Origin: Erysipelothrix larvae | GTDB taxonomy: Bacteria > Bacillota_I > Bacilli_A > Erysipelotrichales > Erysipelotrichaceae | Reading direction: 5' to 3' | NCBI RefSeq assembly: GCF_001545095.1 | Contig: NZ_CP013213.1 | Span: forward strand, 750,001-782,000 | Length of the DNA stretch: 32,000 bases | Shown here: positions 28,054-32,000 of the stretch, piece after piece | Layout: every line of letters starts with the position of its first letter | How positions within the stretch are numbered: position 1 is the stretch's first letter | Notes under the pieces: generated by a model | Database searches by the model: none | What the model was told of the DNA's origin: nothing | The model's input: the letters and a program-made list of their open reading frames with translations, nothing else | Made by a program: the position numbers and the translations under genes

Positions 28054-28271
28054 GCAGTTTTTAGATTCACTTTATTTCAACAGAAAACGATTCAAAAGGC
28101 TCGTTTCAGTCTATGATATTTTTGCCGAACACATAGAGAGAACAAGCCCACATGAATTATAACTCATTTAAAGAAATCATAAAAAACCCAATACATAAAA
28201 TCCAGAAAAAACTTCAAGATGAAACGGATGGAACGGATGGATTGGAATGTCAACACTTTTATAGACGATTT

Positions 28272-28671
28272 TTATGAGTGCATTTTCCTATACTTAATTG
28301 GTGGTACATACCCCAAGCTCGAGTGAAGTCTCTTGTTATTGAACCACCATACATATGCACTAAATAGCTCTCTTAAATTAGGATGGTGTATTGTCTTCAT
28401 TTTCTTGCCATGAGAAATTGTAGGACCACCACAGTATGGACATTCAAGCTTTTTGAATTTTGAGCGTGATTGAGTAGTTCATTTGGCCTTTGGACTTGAA
28501 AGTGTCCCACTTTTTAATCTCATCCTTACCTAGATTTAGAGTAGTTGTGATAAAATCTATAATAGGAATAATAATTCCTCCCTTCGTGTCATTTTGATCG
28601 CAACTCAAAGATATCACGAAGGGTTATTTTATTTTTCTCAAATAGTACCCACACGGTATTTTAAAGCGCCT
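28272..28671 (-). mobile_element. decayed insertion-sequence debris: an ISL3-type transposase N-terminus (frameshifted) fused to an IS3-type transposase C-terminal tail
   Basis: The - strand translation of about 28575-28377 gives IIPIIDFITTTLNLGKDEIKKWDTFKSKGQMNYSITLK, a frameshift, then KKLECPYCGGPTISHGKKMKTIHHPN, which matches the ISL3 N-terminal zinc-finger pattern. It then runs directly into 28376-28272, LRELFSAYVWWFNNKRLHSSLGYVPPIKYRKMHS*, which matches the rve C-terminal tail of IS3 OrfB. A possible ISL3-like terminal repeat GGCGCTTTAAAA lies at 28671 on the - strand. The 9-bp stem cccttcgtg/cacgaaggg (28580-28588 / 28615-28623) would occlude the GGGAGG RBS. Confidence 0.5.
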
Positions 28672-28691
28672 TAAAAAATCCTGTGAAGAAC

Positions 28692-30275
28692 TTAAAGTGA
28701 TAGATCACGTTTTTGATAAGCAACAAAACCGATTATGGTAAATAAGATACCCAGTGATGTGAGCGTGATAAGCGGGAATAAGTCAAGCGTTTCAAGGGGA
28801 GTTATGTGGTAGAATGGTGAGAACCCTTTAAGCCACTCAGGCATTTTCAACATATTTCCAAAATACACAACAAAGAATCCATATCCTAACATAATCCAAA
28901 CAAGTACATAGAGTTTTGGTAGTATTCCACATAAAAGAATGCCAAAGCCAAGAATAAATAAGATTGCAGGCGTTAAAATAAGAATAGCCTCTGAAACCTC
29001 ACCCAAGGCCATCGAACCGCCGCTTGTGCCATAGGTCGATAGTATGGATACACTACTTAGTAGAATTAGTGCCCCAAGAGCATAGATAAGATGCGTCATA
29101 AGAATATACAAGCGGGATATTGGTTTTGATATGAGGTTTTCTAAACGTCCGTTTTTCTCTTCAGTAAGAAGTCGCCCCATAAAGGTAAGGGGTGCAATTG
29201 CAATTAATATACTAAATATTGTAGCGAGCATTCCTAGATATTGTTTTGAGAAATCAGCACCAGTTGTATTAGGAAACATAACCTGAATGAGGTCATTCCC
29301 TTTAAAGAATTCTTGTATGTCAGTAAAAGTATAACCAAAAGTAAAACCAAGTGCTATTACTCCAACTACCCAAGAAATCAGGGTCGTTTTATTCATAGAA
29401 TGGAGTAATCCAAAGCGTCCTAACAAGCTTTTCTTAGCGTATTCACGTCCTGGCTTTTGCCTTATATAAGCACCATCGTAATCCCGATGATAATTGAGGA
29501 GTAAAGCAATTGTTGCCGCAATCAAAGCGGTTGAATACATCAAAATAAGGATAAACCAACGATTATTGGTAAAGGGTTGTGCCAAATACAGCCATGATAA
29601 AGGGAATAACCAGGAAAGATGCGGTGCTTGAATATCGGTTATCCCCCGTAAGATGAAGTTGAATCCTAAAAAGGCAAAGCTTGCAACCATCGCACTACGA
29701 TTGGATTGAAATATTTGTGACCAAATTGCGCTAAAACAAGCAAATAGAAAGCCAGTACCACCCAAAGAGAAGGCAAATAGGAAACCTCCTTGCGTACTAA
29801 AGACCGTTGTATCAATGAATATAAAACTAATACCAATACAAAGAGACAAAATGAGATTAACAATTAATGCTTGTATAAGTGAAGCAATTAAGGGAGCAAA
29901 TCTTCCTGTTGGAAGTGCTCGTATCAGTTCAAGAACACCACCTTCTTCTGCTTTGCGGGTATTTGAACTCATGATTAGTATATTCATAATCACAACAAGA
30001 ATGCCAGTGAATAAAGACATTTCAAGAGAAAAGAGCATCCCTGTTGTAGGTTGAACATCCGGTGCTAACCCAAGTAGTAATATCATTGCGGGACTATTTA
30101 GTGTTTCATAAAGAATTTGTTTTTCTACTTCAGACATTTCCATACTACTATAGTAAAAAGCGATGCCTGAAACAGAAATAATGAAGCCAAGTAACCAAAT
30201 TAGGATTGAATTTCGATCTTTTTTTAAGTAAAAACGAAGAAGTTTCAGACTTTGATGCAGGTTATTAGTAAGCAT
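28692..30275 (-). CDS. ABC-2 type exporter permease, a fused duplicated form with about 12 TM helices
   Basis: Highly hydrophobic 527-aa protein. The two halves carry the same motif after their first TM (RKAEEGGVLELIRALPTGR and TEEKNGRLENLISKPISR). TAATG coupling to the upstream ATPase gene. Confidence 0.8.
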   Translation of the reverse strand: MLTNNLHQSLKLLRFYLKKDRNSILIWLLGFIISVSGIAFYYSSMEMSEVEKQILYETLNSPAMILLLGLAPDVQPTTGMLFSLEMSLFTGILVVIMNILIMSSNTRKAEEGGVLELIRALPTGRFAPLIASLIQALIVNLILSLCIGISFIFIDTTVFSTQGGFLFAFSLGGTGFLFACFSAIWSQIFQSNRSAMVASFAFLGFNFILRGITDIQAPHLSWLFPLSWLYLAQPFTNNRWFILILMYSTALIAATIALLLNYHRDYDGAYIRQKPGREYAKKSLLGRFGLLHSMNKTTLISWVVGVIALGFTFGYTFTDIQEFFKGNDLIQVMFPNTTGADFSKQYLGMLATIFSILIAIAPLTFMGRLLTEEKNGRLENLISKPISRLYILMTHLIYALGALILLSSVSILSTYGTSGGSMALGEVSEAILILTPAILFILGFGILLCGILPKLYVLVWIMLGYGFFVVYFGNMLKMPEWLKGFSPFYHITPLETLDLFPLITLTSLGILFTIIGFVAYQKRDLSL

Positions 30276-31168
30276 TATTTTGTACCTTCGCTCTGATCGT
30301 AGTGTTTCATGAATAAATCTTCAAGTGAAGGGAGTTGATTATCAATATATGTAATACCATAGGGTGCAAGTTCTTCTATGAGTACACTAATTTGATGGGG
30401 GTCAATTGAAAATGAGAAGTCAGTAGGTGTTCCCTTAACATCACTTAAATAGCTTAAGTCAAATAGAGTCTTGAAGGGTACACTTGTCTTAATGTTCATT
30501 TGAACACGAGCTAAGTGTCGAAGTTCACTTAATGACCCAATATCAACTATTCTACCTTCTCGTATAATTGCGACGCGATCACATAACTTTTCAACTTCGG
30601 ATAAGATATGACTTGAGAGGATTACGGATTTTCCTTGTTGTTTAAGCGATAGAACTTCGTTTTCAAAGACCTGAGCCATTAAAGGATCCAAGCCGGAAGT
30701 CGGTTCATCGAAGATGTACAAGTCTGCATTTGAGGCAAGTGCTGCGACAATGGCAACTTTTTGCCGGTTTCCTTTGGAATAGGTTCGCGTTTTCTTTGTA
30801 GGATCCAATTCAAACCTGAGAATTAAATCATCCCTTTTACTGAAATCTGAGCTTCCTTGTAATGACATCAATAAATCAATGACTTCTCCACCCGTAAGGT
30901 TAGGCCATAAATTCACATCACCTGGAACATATGCAACATGTTTGTGTATTTCAAGAGAATCATCCCAAACATCTTTATCAAAGATTCGAGCACTTCCTTC
31001 ATTTGCTTTTAGAATTCCTAATAGAATACGGATTGTTGTAGATTTACCCGCACCATTTGGTCCAATAAACCCAAGCACTTCACCCTTTTCTACATTAAAA
31101 CTCACATCATGCAATGCCGTGAAATCACCGTACTTTTTATTTAAACTTTTGATTTGAACTAAAGCCAT
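30275..31168 (-). CDS. ABC transporter ATP-binding protein (ABC-2 / DrrA / BcrA-like) with C-terminal accessory domain
   Basis: GPNGAGKSTT, YSKGNRQKVAIVAAL and LYIFDEPTSGLDP motifs. GGAGGTG RBS. Confidence 0.9.
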   Translation of the reverse strand: MALVQIKSLNKKYGDFTALHDVSFNVEKGEVLGFIGPNGAGKSTTIRILLGILKANEGSARIFDKDVWDDSLEIHKHVAYVPGDVNLWPNLTGGEVIDLLMSLQGSSDFSKRDDLILRFELDPTKKTRTYSKGNRQKVAIVAALASNADLYIFDEPTSGLDPLMAQVFENEVLSLKQQGKSVILSSHILSEVEKLCDRVAIIREGRIVDIGSLSELRHLARVQMNIKTSVPFKTLFDLSYLSDVKGTPTDFSFSIDPHQISVLIEELAPYGITYIDNQLPSLEDLFMKHYDQSEGTK

Positions 31169-31199
31169 ACAAGCACCTCCATATAAATATGACAGAATA

Positions 31200-31228
31200 A
31201 TTATAGAGTTTTTTTATGCCTATTACAA
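31200..31228 (-). promoter_or_regulatory. near-consensus sigma-A promoter of the ABC-2 operon
   Basis: On the - strand: TTGTAA (31228-31223), 17 nt, TATAAT (31205-31200), about 30 nt upstream of the ATG and inside a very AT-rich 180-bp spacer. Confidence 0.55.
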
Positions 31229-31346
31229 TCTAATTAAATAAAATAGAATATAAAGAAAAAGCAAATAATTGAGCAAAAAGATTAAAAATAAAATCAGTAA
31301 ATTATAGTTTATTAAATTTGGTAATATTGTTTTTGCCAATATACTT

Positions 31347-31384
31347 AAAAACCAACCTAGGTACTATAAAATCGGTTGGTTTTT
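31347..31384 (-). terminator. rho-independent terminator after the SNF2 helicase gene
   Basis: aaaaaccaacc ... ggttggttttt stem with a 16-nt loop. On the - strand it is followed by a T-run. A/T runs on both sides make it potentially bidirectional. Confidence 0.6.
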
Positions 31385-31406
31385 GATGAGATATTTTGGG
31401 TCTTTT

Positions 31407-32000
31407 CTAAATAGGTATCTGGTCCGATGCGAATAAGGAGAGGATTTCTGATTTTGTCATTGTAACCACTGAACCATCCGAATCTTCCACAAAGGTATCC
31501 GAGAGTTGTTTCTTACGCGATTGAAGCAACTGAATTTTTTCTTCAATGCTATCTTTCATAATAAATCGATAAACAAGGACATTCTTTGTTTGTCCAAAAC
31601 GATACGCACGATCTGTTGCTTGATTTTGTGCTGAGATATTCCACCATGGGTCAAAATGAATGACCACTTCTGCGTTGGTTAGGTTAATCCCAGTACCGCC
31701 AGCGCGTAAGGAAATCAAGAAAACATCCACTTCTCCATTTTGGAAGGATTGCACCCTTGTTTGACGGTCTACTTTATTCACACGACCATCCAAGGTATGG
31801 TAACTAATATGGTGATGATTTAATGCTTCCGCAATAAAATCAAGCACGGACGTGAAACTTGAAAAGAGTAAAACTTGTTTTCCATCTTCTTTTAAATCTT
31901 GAATAAAGGAAACAACCGCTTCAAGTTTACTGGAACGATGCGTGATGTTTTCGTATATGGTTCGTGGTTCACAACAAATCCGTCTTAACCGTGTTAACAG
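31407..32000 (-). CDS. SNF2-family (DEAD/DEAH-like) helicase, C-terminal part; the gene continues beyond the window
   Basis: The frame stays open to position 32000 (LLTRLRRICCEPRTIYE ... SKLEAVVSFIQDLKEDGKQVLLFSSFTSVLDFI). Helicase-C motifs are present: FLISLRAGGTGINLT, VIHFDPWWN and QATDRAYRFGQTKNV. Confidence 0.85.
   Translation of the reverse strand: MLTRLRRICCEPRTIYENITHRSSKLEAVVSFIQDLKEDGKQVLLFSSFTSVLDFIAEALNHHHISYHTLDGRVNKVDRQTRVQSFQNGEVDVFLISLRAGGTGINLTNAEVVIHFDPWWNISAQNQATDRAYRFGQTKNVLVYRFIMKDSIEEKIQLLQSRKKQLSDTFVEDSDGSVVTMTKSEILSLFASDQIPI

Noticed and set aside
28098-28130. GGCTCGTTTCAGTCTATGATATTTTTGCC as the second ISL3 terminal inverted repeat.
   Set aside because: It shows only loose similarity (GGC.C.TTT.A) to the candidate repeat at 28671. 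The evidence is not enough to annotate an element boundary without an ISfinder comparison.
28152-28277. A 41-aa + strand ORF (MNYNSFKEIIKN...) that contains a 9-bp tandem repeat, AACGGATGG x2, at 28223-28240.
   Set aside because: It has no SD and lies within the presumed IS3-relic tail. The repeat has only two copies. It is more likely slippage in decaying DNA than a gene or a regulatory array.
1-32000. Visual search for CRISPR arrays, tRNA genes and rRNA genes.
   Set aside because: No regularly spaced direct repeats were seen. No cloverleaf-like GC-rich 75-nt islands appear in the intergenic regions, and there are no rRNA-like stretches. The intergenic regions are short and are explained by promoters or terminators, apart from 26.7-28.7 kb.

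Overview
This is a 32-kb chromosomal segment from a low-GC Gram-positive bacterium. The Bacillota-type signals are AGGAGG-like Shine-Dalgarno sites, CIRCE operators and an ecfA1-ecfA2-ecfT-truA block; finer taxonomy cannot be judged by eye. I count about 29 protein-coding genes and saw no rRNA, tRNA or CRISPR array. Layout by region follows. (1) 1-9 kb: asnS (5' partial), an amidase_3-like membrane protein with degenerate metal ligands, and an ABC-F ATPase on the + strand; a convergent gpmA-gnd-zwf operon on the - strand; and a small heat-shock gene behind two CIRCE operators. (2) 9.1-16.2 kb: one tightly packed + strand cluster of cca, a MacB-type ABC ATPase, a 952-aa double-FtsX permease with a long built-in extracellular coiled coil, a DUF3137-like membrane protein, LemA and a PPP-family phosphoesterase. 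The last five genes are my best candidate for an uncharacterised envelope-associated system. (3) 16.3-26.7 kb: pepT-ecfA1-ecfA2-ecfT-truA, sbcD-sbcC and a family-2 glycoside hydrolase. (4) 26.7-31.4 kb: a likely accessory islet. It holds a weak recombinase-like relic, a membrane-anchored XRE regulator whose stop overlaps a 58-aa two-TM ORF missing from the ORF track (together they resemble a split BcrR-type membrane sensor), ISL3/IS3 transposase debris, and an ABC-2 exporter operon with a near-consensus promoter. The window ends inside an SNF2-family helicase gene. All functional calls rest on motif recognition by eye, and no database search was run.
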